From Perkinsus chesapeaki ATCC PRA-425 (lineage: Eukaryota; Protista; Perkinsozoa), in assembly GCA_013115145.1 (NCBI GenBank), contig JAAPAO010000345.1:1-37390 (forward strand): a stretch of 37,390 nucleotides of DNA, read 5' to 3'. Below the pieces are notes generated by a model that worked only from the letters and a program-made list of their open reading frames with translations, had not been told where the DNA came from and searched no databases. The position numbers were made by a program, and so were the translations under genes. Of this stretch, positions 13,945 to 25,900 are shown piece by piece; position 1 is the stretch's first letter, and each line of letters starts with the position of its first letter.

Positions 13945-14537
13945 TATAGTTGTAAGTTGTTATGGAGAAAGACCCAACGACTGTACGGTATGATTATATA
14001 GCCAATTTTACGGATAGGTTATTGGTCTCCTACAGAATCCTATGGCGAATCCAAAAAACTAATAAGGCAGTCATAAAGATACTGTACTCGAGAAGGGACA
14101 GAGCTACAGTGCATCAGTAGTCAATAGGCTCGTCGAAGCGACATACACCTTCGACAAAGTTGCCAAATAAACGAGCACGGTTCACTCCGGCTTGATAAAT
14201 CTTGCAATCTCGCGTGTCCTCAACGCTACTGGCCAACTCCTTCCCACGCTACAGATTCGCTTGAGTTGCGACAGCTCAAGTCGAACACATGTCTCTTATC
14301 TTTATAGGCTGTTTTAGTGATGGATGTGCTACCTTTGTATCCTTGTGTTTAAGTGTGTTTGAGTATTTTGATACGGGACGCCTCCGTATTGTGTCACACC
14401 CTGCTTGATTTGAAGCTAGTAGATGCACTTCTTTCATGTGGCTAGTGTCAGTCGATTATGCAGCAATGCAGTCATTAACTCATATTTCTACTGATTCGTC
14501 TTAGTTGCCTTTTATTGTTCCTTAAGGCTACTCTAGG

Positions 14538-15889
14538 ATGTATATTGCTCCTTCTTCACGTCTTCCTTTGTTTGGATTTGCGGTTATCTGGATCTCCGCC
14601 TCTGTTGCACAGGTGAGCTTGCACCACCAACCAACGCCTTTCGTAGTCACTGTTGCTTTGGCAGGTCGTGCTAAACAAATGGTTCCAGTTTCTACTGACG
14701 CCGCAGATCCCTTGGTTCTTAGCTGATCTTGCCGGTGCCGGTTTCGTCTTCACCGCCCCCTTTTACGTTTGGTTCGTCTTTGAGGCTAGTCTGAAGGCGA
14801 AGCATCATGGTGTCAAGGGAGAGACCATGACAGATCTCTTCAAGGCCCCTTACTCCACCGGCAGAATTCAGTGGCATATGTGGAGTGGCTTGACTATGGC
14901 TATCCAACTAGTGTCCATCTCATTTGCCTTGACTATGATGCCTGGTAGCACCTTCACTGTTATAAGGAGCAGTGAGTTGCTCATCGGTCTCATTCTCTCT
15001 GTGATTGTATTCAAGAAGGTTTTCAATAAGTGGCATTACCTCTCAATTGTGATGATGCTTACCGGCGGTACTATGACCGCACTCGCAATGGCTAAGCCAG
15101 CTCAAGCCCAGCACCACGAGTACAACATGCCCTTGGGAATCGTCATTACCGTCTTCGGCGTCGCCGGTTCTAGCACTGTCCAGGCGATTCTCACCGAGTG
15201 GGTGTACAAGCAGAAGATTCTTGTGAAGTCGAGAAACGACCATCTTTTGGAAGCTGGAGTGTAAGTTATTCCGTGAAATGAGATCGTTTAATTAGCGTTG
15301 TTCGTCTCCCAGGTACAGCATGGTTTTCTGCTGCCTATGGCAGATTCTGTTCACCTTGTGCTTCTCCCATGCGGAGTACCGTATGTGGTGGTCGACTCTC
15401 GCCCCCCATTTAAGCCCTCTGAACATCACTCTGCTCGTCATATTGTGTGCATCTCGAGCCATAGCCCTAGTTGCCAAGATTGGTGTCACCGCCCACTCGG
15501 ACGCCATGTTCAACCGTACCTTGTCGACTGTCAGGCGTGCAACTCAGGTAGGCTGTTGAAGGGTGACGTTTTCTAAGATTGATATTTGTCTGTTCAGATC
15601 ACCATTATGGCTCTGTTGTTCCACGAGCCCATGTCGGTTACGGCTATCATTGGCATTCTCATTACACTGGCTGCATGCCTACTCTACGGTCTAGCTAAAA
15701 GCCCGACCGTCAGGTCTCCTAAGACGGCAAATCTCGGTGCTGATGTAAGATTTGTGAGTGTTATTAATTGAATGGTTGCTATTTTTGTTGCTTTTTCAGC
15801 CCTTGAATGAGAAGCTTCTAGAGAAAAGTGTTCGAGACATCGAAGCGGGTTTGTCTGCTACCGCCAGGAAGCCTGTCCGAGTAGAGTAG
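14538..15889 (+). CDS. DMT-superfamily (EamA/purine-permease/SLC35-like) multi-TM transporter, paralog 1 (4 introns)
   Basis: About 10 hydrophobic segments; motifs PWFLADLAG, MPGSTFTVIRSSELL, KIGVTAHSDAMFNRTLSTVRR are shared with the two downstream paralogs. Substrate unknown. Confidence 0.85.
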
Positions 15890-16254
15890 AGTTGAAGCTC
15901 CCTCTTACTCGGGTTCTATCTTTCTGTATAGCTGGCAGTGATGTCCAGTTAAAACCGTTGTTTTCCCCAAAGTGTTGTTGTTGCTGTTCCTAGCAGCCGG
16001 CTGCTACCCGCTTGTAGCCAGCTTCGCTGTGTCGTTGTTGTTATATCGTAATTTTAGAGAGGAGCCTGAAGCAGTGGATGATAAGTCGATGATATCGTCG
16101 TACTTGCCACCAACCACTAGCGTCATTCTAGTCTCGACAGGCTGATTGCTTAATCACACTAATATAGACAGGTTTCTTCTAACTGATCTCAATAACACTG
16201 TGTTGTGTGGTAATAAATTCGAACACTTGTGGTAGTAGGGAATATTGTTGCCTA

Positions 16255-18175
16255 ATGCAAGCGGCTGAAGGCAGCAGCTCAGATCGCCCTCAATTGCATC
16301 ATCGTGGTTCACTGCACATTGCAGCTTCGTCTGTGATTCCCCTAATATGCTTCACTGTAGTCTGGATCACCACTTCTGTTGGCCAGGTTAGAGAGCTTGG
16401 CGATTCTTCTGCAGCCATTGACGGCCTTAGGTGGTCTTGGTCAAGTATTTCCAGTTGGTTTTGGATCCCCAACTGCCGTGGTTGCTGGCTGACTTGGCGG
16501 GAATCGGCTTCGTTATTGTCGTACCCGTTTACTTGTATTTTTGCGTCAAAAGGGTTCGCTATGAGAGAGGTGGGTGCCTCAACATATCGCTCGGCGTCTG
16601 TGTAGCGTTGTTGTTCAAGGGGAGTGCGCCAACCCGTCGAGTCTGGGAGATTTATTTTTGGCGCCCTACGCCACTGGGAGGATCTGGTACCATATTTTGG
16701 GAGGGCTTCTCACAGGATGTCAACTCCTCTGCATCTCGGTAAGGCTCGCTGATCTCTACACTTCGAATTCATTATTCTTGTCAGTTCGCCCTTGAGATGC
16801 TTCCGGGTAGTACCTTCACTGTGGTCCGTGGAAGTGAGCTGTTAATCACTCTAAGTCTGTCTCTGGTTCTCTTTGGGAAGTGAGTAGCACTGTACCGTAC
16901 CCGCCTCTTGAAGGTAAGTCCCTTGGTAGGCCGTACAACATCTACCACTACATCGGCGTGGCCTCTATGATCGCTGGTGGTGTGATGGTGTCCTTGGCAA
17001 CAGCTAAAGAAGAGGAGGTCTCTCATGAGGACATTAACGTCGCTGGTGGTGTTGCCATCACCTTCTTCGGTCAGTTACTGTTGTACTACTAAAGTCTAGC
17101 GATGTAGCTTGTGAATAGGCGTGGCGTTCACGAGCTGCTCCCAGGCAGTGCTGGTAGAATGGCTCTATCACCACGATATTATGGTTAAGAAGAGATACGA
17201 TCATCTCATGGAGATATCTATGTAAGCGATTGCCGTCTATTGCAGTCTATTAAAGTTGCTGCTGCGAGGTACACTACGATGTGGACTGCGATTGTGCTGC
17301 TCGTTGGTACGTACTTCTTTTCTGGCGGAGAGTACTTCCTCTGGCGAGAGACTATATCGGTGAGTCGGCGGCGGGTTGCTGGGCTGAAATGTTGCCAAGG
17401 GTATCCTAGTTGCACTGAGAACGTGTCTCTCCGGTTGTTAAGTTGGGAGCGTGAGCATTTAATAATTGTTCACGTCCCTCGAGGAGCATAACTCCGTTTG
17501 GTTCGGGCTGGCCCATCTTCTGTTGAATAGTTCGACCTGAACCAAGATAGCTCTTTGTGGCCACTCCTGCATTTGCCGGTGGTGTGCCGTTAGAGAGGCG
17601 AGCGATTGCGCATGCGTGCATGGCGGTGACGCCATTTCTTAGGCGAATGTGGCGCGCGAATGTTCTGCGCCAGCAAAGTGGGCCTTGTCCATTTGTTGAA
17701 AATTATTTTTGTTTGTGATTGGTATTGCCTTTAAATTCAGGATGCCATCGAGAAGGCCCCGGTAACCACCTGGCTCTGTCTTATCGGCCTGACTATCTCG
17801 AGGGCTTTGGCGATGACCACTAAAGTGGGGGTCACCGTTCACTCGGATGCCATGTTCAACAGATCGCTCACGACCATCAGAAGGGTCTGCCAGGTACGAG
17901 GCAGAATCCTCTAGTGCGAGGGTTGCCATCAGCTTGCCTGTTCTCAGATCTCATCGATGGCTCTGTTGTTTCATGAGCACCTCACCGCACTGGCCCTCAC
18001 TGGTATCTTCGTCAGCATTGCCGCAAGCTCTCTTTACGCCGCCGCAGGTGAGCCCTTGTGGATCGTAATGCTTAAACGGGTTCTTCTCTCAGCTTCGTTG
18101 GGTTCGAAACGGCGCGCGGCAGCTCCCTCGAATGTTGAGGTTGGCATCAACGCGCCGCTGCTTGCCAAGAATTAA
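16255..18175 (+). CDS. DMT-superfamily transporter, paralog 2 (9 introns)
   Basis: Spliced motifs QLPWLLADLAG, MLPGSTFTVVRGSELL, EWLYHHDIMVKKRYDHLMEI, KVGVTVHSDAMFNRSLTTIRRVCQ; stop TAA 18173-18175. Confidence 0.85.
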
Positions 18176-18386
18176 AGCTCGCCGTATTTTGTTCACGTTT
18201 TGACAGAAAGCGCCCTTGAAAATTATTGATAGTTCTGTTGCCGGGAAGCTGATAGATAAAGCTCTCTGGACATTATGATAACATCATGTTCATGCTCAGT
18301 CTTGAGAACCGTTACGAGATAACTGTGGTGTTGGGGAAGGGTCGTAGAGAGCGAGCATCCTGCAGTTTATTTTTTTGTTTTCCGCG

Positions 18387-20155
18387 ATGGCTAGTGACCA
18401 GGCTCATCACCATCACAAGATCGCTCGATCTTCTATTATACCATTGATATGCTTCACAACAGTTTGGATCATCTCATCGGTCGGTCAGGTAAGTGCTTCG
18501 CGGACTTTTCCTCGGTTACGCTTCCTTGTTCAGGTTGTCCTGGTAAAATATTTCCAGACAGTTCTGCACCCCCAACTACCGTGGTTGCTAGCTGATTTGG
18601 CCGGTGTTGGATTTGTATTTGTCATTCCAATATATTTGGCATTCTGTATAAAGAGGGTCAAATATGAGCAAGGTAAACTTGGTTAAGTGCTCCGTGTTGT
18701 CCTGTAATTATAACTGCTAAAGAGTTATTTGTCTCTATATCGATTCCTGTTTCTACATCATCATTGCATCCCTGGCTTCCTAAAAAGTCTTCCTTGAATT
18801 TACATCATTCTCGAAGGAGCTCGTGTGGTGCATTGTGTCGCCGTGTGTAGCTGTGTCAACTTAGGATACGGTGAGTCAAATCTAATTACGTTTGTATTGC
18901 TTTAGAGAAGGAGGAGAACCCTTCGACGTTGATGGACTTGTTTATGGCTCCGTACAGGACTGGAAGGATCAAGTGGCACATTTTGGGAGGCCTTTTCACA
19001 GGTTGCCAGCTGCTCTGTATCTCGGTAAGTCTAGATATCTCGATTTGATTCGCTTGACGCTTCTCTCAGTTCGCACTGAAGATGCTACCGGGCAGCACTT
19101 TCACGGTGGTTCGCACCTGCGAGCTTCTCATCACGCTTGTGTCATCAATTGTTCTCCTTGGGAAGTGAGTTGACCAAGTGTCTTCTGTCTCTGCGGACTG
19201 CTCGTCGTTCCTCAGGGTGTTCAATCGTTATCACTATGTAGCGATAGCGTCGATGTTGATCGGCGGTGCGATTGATTCCTTCGCCACCCAGCATGACGAC
19301 AAAGTTTCTAAAAAGGACGTCCACGTTTTTGCTGGCGTGCTCATCACCTTCTTCGGTAAGAGCCGACGATGAGATGCTCGCCCTGAAGCACGATCCTCCC
19401 TATTGAACAGGTGTCGCATTGGCGAGCTCCTCTCAAGCCGTTCTGGTGGAATGGCTCTATCAGCACAACATCATGGTTAAGAAGAGATACGACCACTTGA
19501 TGGAGATTTCATTGTCAGAATACAGATTTCATTCCTGGTGTTTAAGACCTTGCTCTTCCTGTATTAGGTATACCACATTCTACACATGCGTAGCTTTGTT
19601 GTTGGGAACGTTCCTATTTTCTGGTGATGAACCCCAATACTGGTTCCAAGCCCTCAAGGTGATTGGTCGGCCCTCTAGCTGCTGTGTTGTGATGTGGTCG
19701 GTAGGATGCCATCCAAGCTGCCCCGTTCACCACCTGGGTATGTCTTATTGGCTTAACTATGTCCCGTGCCGTTGCAATGACGTCTAAGGTCGGAGTGACG
19801 GTTCACTCGGATGCTATGTTCAATAGATCTCTCACCACAGTGAGGAGAGTATGCCAGGTAATGCACTGCTACCGGGTAACCTGGCAGTGACCTTCGACTG
19901 TATATTTAGATCACATTCATGGCAGTGCTGTTCCACGAGCATCTCAGCGCGCTGGCAATCTTTGGCATTTTCCTCAGTGTGGCCGCCAGCACTCTCTACG
20001 CATTTGCTGGTAAGTGTTTCATTACCAAGGCTTTTATTGCCCAACTCATTCCCTCAGCGACGCTTGGTGCTCGCATGGCTCCAATTGTGGACACCAAGTC
20101 AAACGGCGTGGCTCCACTCTTGCAAGAAAGTCTCCTACCCGCCAAGACTGCATGA
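18387..20155 (+). CDS. DMT-superfamily transporter, paralog 3 (9 introns)
   Basis: Spliced motifs QLPWLLADLAG, MLPGSTFTVVRTCELL, EWLYQHNIMVKKRYDHLMEI, KVGVTVHSDAMFNRSLTTVRRVCQ; same nine intron positions as paralog 2. Confidence 0.85.
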
Positions 20156-21111
20156 CGCCACCCCCCGACCCCCGCTCACGGACGTGATTTTCCGACGGTT
20201 CGCCTCGGTCTTCGGACTGGGCAGATCGTCCTTACGTAGCTTGCTGGAATCGTAGTGCAGTGCATTTCCCATTTGTTCTTTTTTTTGAGTCCCGGCTTAG
20301 GCCGGTGACCGTTCTGTTACTAAGTAGTGTTCGCAGGGCGCGCAGAGTACTACTTAGGCATCCACAAGGGCTTCCGGTTGAACTATCGTAGAGATCTTAG
20401 CGCCTCTGGCGCGATGTTGGGTTGAAGTCAATGATAAATGGGCATCGTTCAAATATTTAGTATTCGCTGTATATAGAACCAAGAATCTAATAGTGCGTTC
20501 TTCCGGAACGGGTTGCGTACAAAGAGTCGTTCGAAGTTGTCAATATCTTGATATAGGTTGACCTCGAGGACTTTGGTTCCCGAGCTGAGAGGGTTGTGGA
20601 TTGTGACAGCGCTGTCCCGTTATCACGGTTTTTTAAAGGAGTGTGGAATGATGCAGTTTGTCATCGTCACTTTTCAATGGCATCCTGTATATCAATAAAT
20701 CCTCCGCTGGTTGAGGATCGGAGGACGTACCAGAGGTGATAGGGGCATCGGTGGGCTAGCTCAGGGAAGTACGTCTTTGCTATAACACGGTACCTGTGTC
20801 TGTAATAGAACGTCCGTTACGGCGCGGGTAGCGCTGCTGGTCACTTGATTGAGAAAACGGTAGGCTGATACACTATTGATGGCCCTTCCTTAGTGGTCTC
20901 ATATTAATACTCAGACAACACATCGCGCAAGCCACCGGGACAAACTTCCGGCCTCTCTACAGGAGTTCTCCGCTTTTGCCAAAGATCTCTCCTTAGTTAG
21001 TTTCGAATAGTTTTGGTTTCAACGCGTATGTCTGCGTTTTCGGCGGAGCTGCTAGCTCGGGCGCTCTTGTTACGATTTGTAACCTGGAAGCCCGAACTCC
21101 GAGGATTCCAG

Positions 21112-21154
21112 AGAGGGACCTGATGTGGTTGAGTCAACCACATCAGGTCCCTCT
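21112..21154. repeat. Perfect inverted repeat, 21-bp arms with a 1-nt spacer
   Basis: AGAGGGACCTGATGTGGTTGA-G-TCAACCACATCAGGTCCCTCT. Confidence 0.95.
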
Positions 21155-22608
21155 GACTCAACCAGGTTGACAATCAGGGTGTGATGGAGGAGGAACGGCC
21201 TCACGGCCTCCCATTGCTTCTCACAATGGGGAAATCTTCTGCCAAGCTGTCCATTATTTGTTTCTCCTAGGCAGAATTGATGCCTCAACTTCGCCCTCGG
21301 GGAGCGCATTTCTCTAAGCCTGAGTGTCCCCTCTGTGCCTGCTTTCGCACGTTCAACGCCCTGAAAGGCTTTGTGTAATGAGATGATTTATTCATTGACA
21401 ACGCCGAGCGTTCGGATCGAGCAAAAAAAGTCCCGTAGTAGTTTCACATAACAATGAAATATAATGACAGACAGTATTCAAGGCTGTTGTGAGCTTCTCT
21501 GACGACAAAATCTGGTTAAGAAGTAATACGGGCCAAGGGGGCGTGAACATCTCCAACGAGAGGAGTATTGGCTACGCGGAGCACATGCGATTTCTCAAGG
21601 ACGAAAGAAACACGCGGCGCCGCCTTGCGTGGGCTGACAGAATTCTGAGTCGGGGCAATCCTGATAGCGTGAAATCGTTCATGGTTCGGAAGTTGTGCTT
21701 TTACTTTGTAAGTCTTACAGCTGACTAGACACACCCCAGACTCGCACACTTTATTTCCACTTGTAGGGTCTGGGCAATCGCCTCTGCTTTGGCATCCTTT
21801 AGTGCAGATGACTGTGTAAAGAACTCCGTCTGGGAACTGGGGAAGAATAAATACATTGATCTTGCAGATCGCTTACAGCTGTGTAGGCGAGGGTCTCAGT
21901 GTTGCACTCGCAACCTGTCATGGTGGCAGTGCTTGCATCAAAGCTGCACTTCCCAGTTGGTCTCTGGTAGTGGCCGCCGGAGTTGCCTGAGACTCGCACT
22001 GCCAACTTACCTTCGTTAGCGCCTAATACGGTATCGTACCTGAGAGGAGCCAACACTCGATATGAGGCCAATAGTGAGTAGTAGTTGTTAATGAGTGGAA
22101 GAGAAGTCCAGGTGGGACATGAGGGCACGAGGGGGTATATCTCTTTGTGAAGATGGTCAGCAGAAACCCAGTAGCAAACTTACAAGCGGTTTTTATCTCG
22201 GGTCTGCTGGATTTTCAAAATCTCCATAGTGTAGGCTGAGCACTGGAGGGTGGTGATGATGATGATCGCACACGCAGTTAACAATGTGCGGTGAGTACTG
22301 AGCATTACTAGTGTAATGGTAAAAGTCGCTCGGAGGGCGTCGATACCACTTGCAGTTCGAAGGGTATAATCTGCACGCATGCGCTTTCGCACGCACGCGT
22401 GGCTGTGCGCGGCGTAAGTCTACATATCCAGTGTATTCTAGCACTGCTTCTCATTTGTATCAACCAGGCATTTGGCGGAACATGCTTCTTAACATTTGTA
22501 TTATGCGAGTTGTCGTATATCGTCATGAAGGCATTATATGTCCGTGGTTAAGAGGCAGACCCTCCCAACTTTGAGTACCTGAGGCGGAGCCCATGTAGAT
22601 TCTTAAAG

Positions 22609-22938
22609 TGACGCGTATGGATGTCGTCACTACCTCCCTCCGCTATGTACGTGCGTTTAGCTCGGTCCCCCTTTTTATGGCCGCGTCACGCATCGTGCGT
22701 CATCGAACGCGCGGGCGGGCGCTGGTGGTCGGAGACGGCATGGAAGTTGATGATCGCCTGTGCGCTGTCTCATTATATTGTTCATGTAAAGTCTTAGCTA
22801 CCGTTTTTAGCCTTTTACTCTCATCTTCTGATGGACGCTCAGTCCTCTACTATAAGCGGTGCCTACGCGGTGCCCTCTAATCAAGGGGAGGTTGAGTTGC
22901 ATCCAGTTAATGAGAGGTTTGAGCCAACCGATACGGCA
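22609..22938 (+). repeat. 5' LTR (330 bp)
   Basis: TGACGCGT...ATACGGCA; differs from the 3' LTR at 2 positions, both transitions. Confidence 0.97.
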
Positions 22939-25900
22939 GTTATCAGAAGATGGTTAAATTCTCCGGATCTCGGAGCCGCCTTCCGAGACCCAGACTTCGA
23001 CGCTCCCGAAGTCACAGACGATGTGGTCGACATGCTCCTCTCTATGTTTCTCGACTTGGACCGGATGGGCGTAGGTGCCGCTCAAGTGCGCACTGCCCTA
23101 GGAGGCTGGGCCGCTACCGTGGCTGACAAGCTCCCCCCTAACCGCGCCGCTGATGGTACGGCGGAGTCGGTCGCCTATGGGGTGGCGGTATTCTCTATCT
23201 TGGTCCATGTCGGACAAATACATGGTTGTCCCATGGAATGGTTGCTATGGTTCTCCGCGGCCCTGGCGACGATGGTGGTGAAGCGGTGCTTCAGGTTGCA
23301 GCGTTGCCTGCCGATGGGCAGCGACAGAACCTACGTGGAAGCCTTCCTCGCTGCTCGCACAGGTGTACTATCTGAGCCTCCTCGGAGTACCCTCGATGCC
23401 GAGGTGGTGAGCCGCCCCGGCCGCCGTGCTGGCGCTGAGGTGTCTAGAAAGTCCGAGAACGTTTACAAGCTCCCGCTCGAGACCGAGGACTTCCAAGGAG
23501 GAACCATCAACCTTCCGTATGCTGCGTTCAAGAAGAATGTTCAGACGGCCATCAAGTTCTACGGTATCGCGTCTGAAAGAGATGCCTTGCTGTACCTCTT
23601 CAGGCATCTGTCGAAGGACCTCCGTTGGGAGCTGGTATCGCTAGCTGGGGTGGACAACCCTCCTTTGGCGACGGTGTGGAGACTGCTGGACGACAAGTTC
23701 GGACACGGCGACACCCCCGGTACCGTGGCCAACAGATGGGAGGCGTTCGCCCAGGGCGAGGGGGAGTCAGTGTCAGACTTGTATACTCGTCTACTAAGGG
23801 AACGGTCGCTTTACTCGCAAGTGGCTGGGACGCAGCTCCCTCCGGCAGTGGTGGCCGCCAAATTCGTGTCGGCCCTTGCACCCGGGCTGCGAGACTCTCT
23901 CGAAACAGCATGGGGTCGCGCTCTCGGAGACTTCACCGTCGAGCAAGTCCGAGAACACGCCTTGTTCTATGAGGGAAAGCACACATCCGATGAGATCGCG
24001 GGTACGGATAAGGGCTCCAAGAACAGGAAGGCCAACAACAGCTCTCACCCCAACGGTAAACCTGTTACTGGACCCGCATTGGCGGCTGGATCTGGGAGTG
24101 GACAGCCTCGAAGCCAGCCCAGTCAGCCAACACAGGCTCCGAGCGGACAGCGCGGTGGCGCTACTAGCGTTCGCTGTAAATACTGCTCCGAACGCGGATA
24201 TAAGAAAGCCGATAAGCATTCTGATGCGTCTTGTTGGGAGAACCCGGTGAATGCAAGCAAACGGCCTCCGTGGTTCAAGCCCCTAGAAGGACGTGCCCCG
24301 AGAGCGTCCGGCCCTACCAGCTCGGCCGTTGTCGAGGCAGGTAAGACCTTCATGACGTGCTCCAAGAGTGGCCAGGGCCTGATCGGGATCGAGGCCTTGC
24401 TCGAGGACGGCCTGACGCCAAAACGGTTACCGACATTACTGCTACTGGATACTGGCAGCGAGTACACACTGGCCTCTTCCCAGCTACTCTCGGCTTTGGG
24501 CGTCGAAGTTGTTTCGTATGAAAGCCCGATGGTTCTGGCGGCTGCTGGGGAGGGTGGTACAATCACTGTCATTGGCGAGGCAACTCTATCAGTGCTGGTT
24601 TATGGTGACGATGGTAAGTGGTACAGGTTCCACTTGGTTGCCCACGTAGCGGTCGACCTTAACCCTATGGTGGCGGAAACCTCGTCCATCCTGCTTGGCC
24701 TTAACGCTATGCGAAACATGGGTGCACAAATTGCGGTGGGGGACGCGTCGGTTTTCCTGAAGGCAATGGACGTTAACGTGAAACTGACGCGGTGGGGCGC
24801 TCCCTCTGCCCTTACCACGGCCCCCCACCCTGTGCCCAGTGCCCAACCCGTGGGTCTCGATAATATTCCCCTGCCTTCCAAGGAGGAGATTACCCGCCGG
24901 CTCCATGGCTGGCGTTTCCCTCAGGTTGAAGTCGAGCTAAAACCGGGTGCGGTTCGTCCGTGTCCTAGGCGGCCTTATGCATGCGGCACAGTAGAGATGG
25001 CCGCCATGGAAATGATTGTGGAGAACTTGGAGAAGGACGGTGTTGTCCGGCGTGTGTCACGTGCCGAGATTGACGAATTGGAAGCTTGGGTAAATCCCGC
25101 GTTCCTGGTCCCGAAGTCTACTCGCGGTGACTATGACGAATTAGCCCCCGATAACGTCGAGAAACAATACAGGCTTGTGATCGACGCTCGGGGTATTAAC
25201 GAATGCGTGGCCGAGCTCCCCTCGGTGTGGAAAACCTACCAAACCACTCCTAATCAGTGTCTATCGGAGGTTCCATCTGGGCCGATATTCTTTGGCAGCG
25301 TGGATATCCGGAGCGCTTACTACAATCTCAGATATGCCGAAGGTAGCCGGAAGTACTTCGCTTTCAGTTACTATGCCGCCGACGGGGCAGTGGCCTACGC
25401 TATTCATGAGAAGATGGTCATGGGGTTCAAGGGTTCCAGTTTCCACTGGGGATACGCTGCTTATACGCTGATGGCAAGAGCCCTTCCTGAGGTGTATCGG
25501 AGCGACGGTCCGAGCCAGGTTATAATATATGTTGATGACATTCTAGTCTGGGCTCGTGATCGGGCTCGTTGCGCCAAGATCATGGAATTGATAACCCTTA
25601 TCTTCGAGACTGTCGGAGCCGAGGTGCCCGCGAAGAAACAGAAAGGGCCGGCCACCGAGCTTGACTTCATTGGCCTGCATCTTCAACAGGATGGGTTCAG
25701 CGTGTCTGAGTCGACCTTGGACGAGCTCCGCCAAGCACTCCGAGACCCTCCTACAACGCTGCGGGGTCTGCGAACTAAGCTTGGCCTATGTCAGTTTTGT
25801 CGCGCCCTATGGAATGCCAAGCCCGCTGCCGCAGAGGAGAGCCTGTCACACCTCATCGCTCCGTTCACGGCAATAATCGGGCAAATGACTACCGAGAAGA

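Noticed and set aside
22305-22370. tRNA-like A-box (TAGTGTAATGGT) and B-box (GTTCGAA)
   Set aside because: The D, T and acceptor stems do not pair; not a tRNA.
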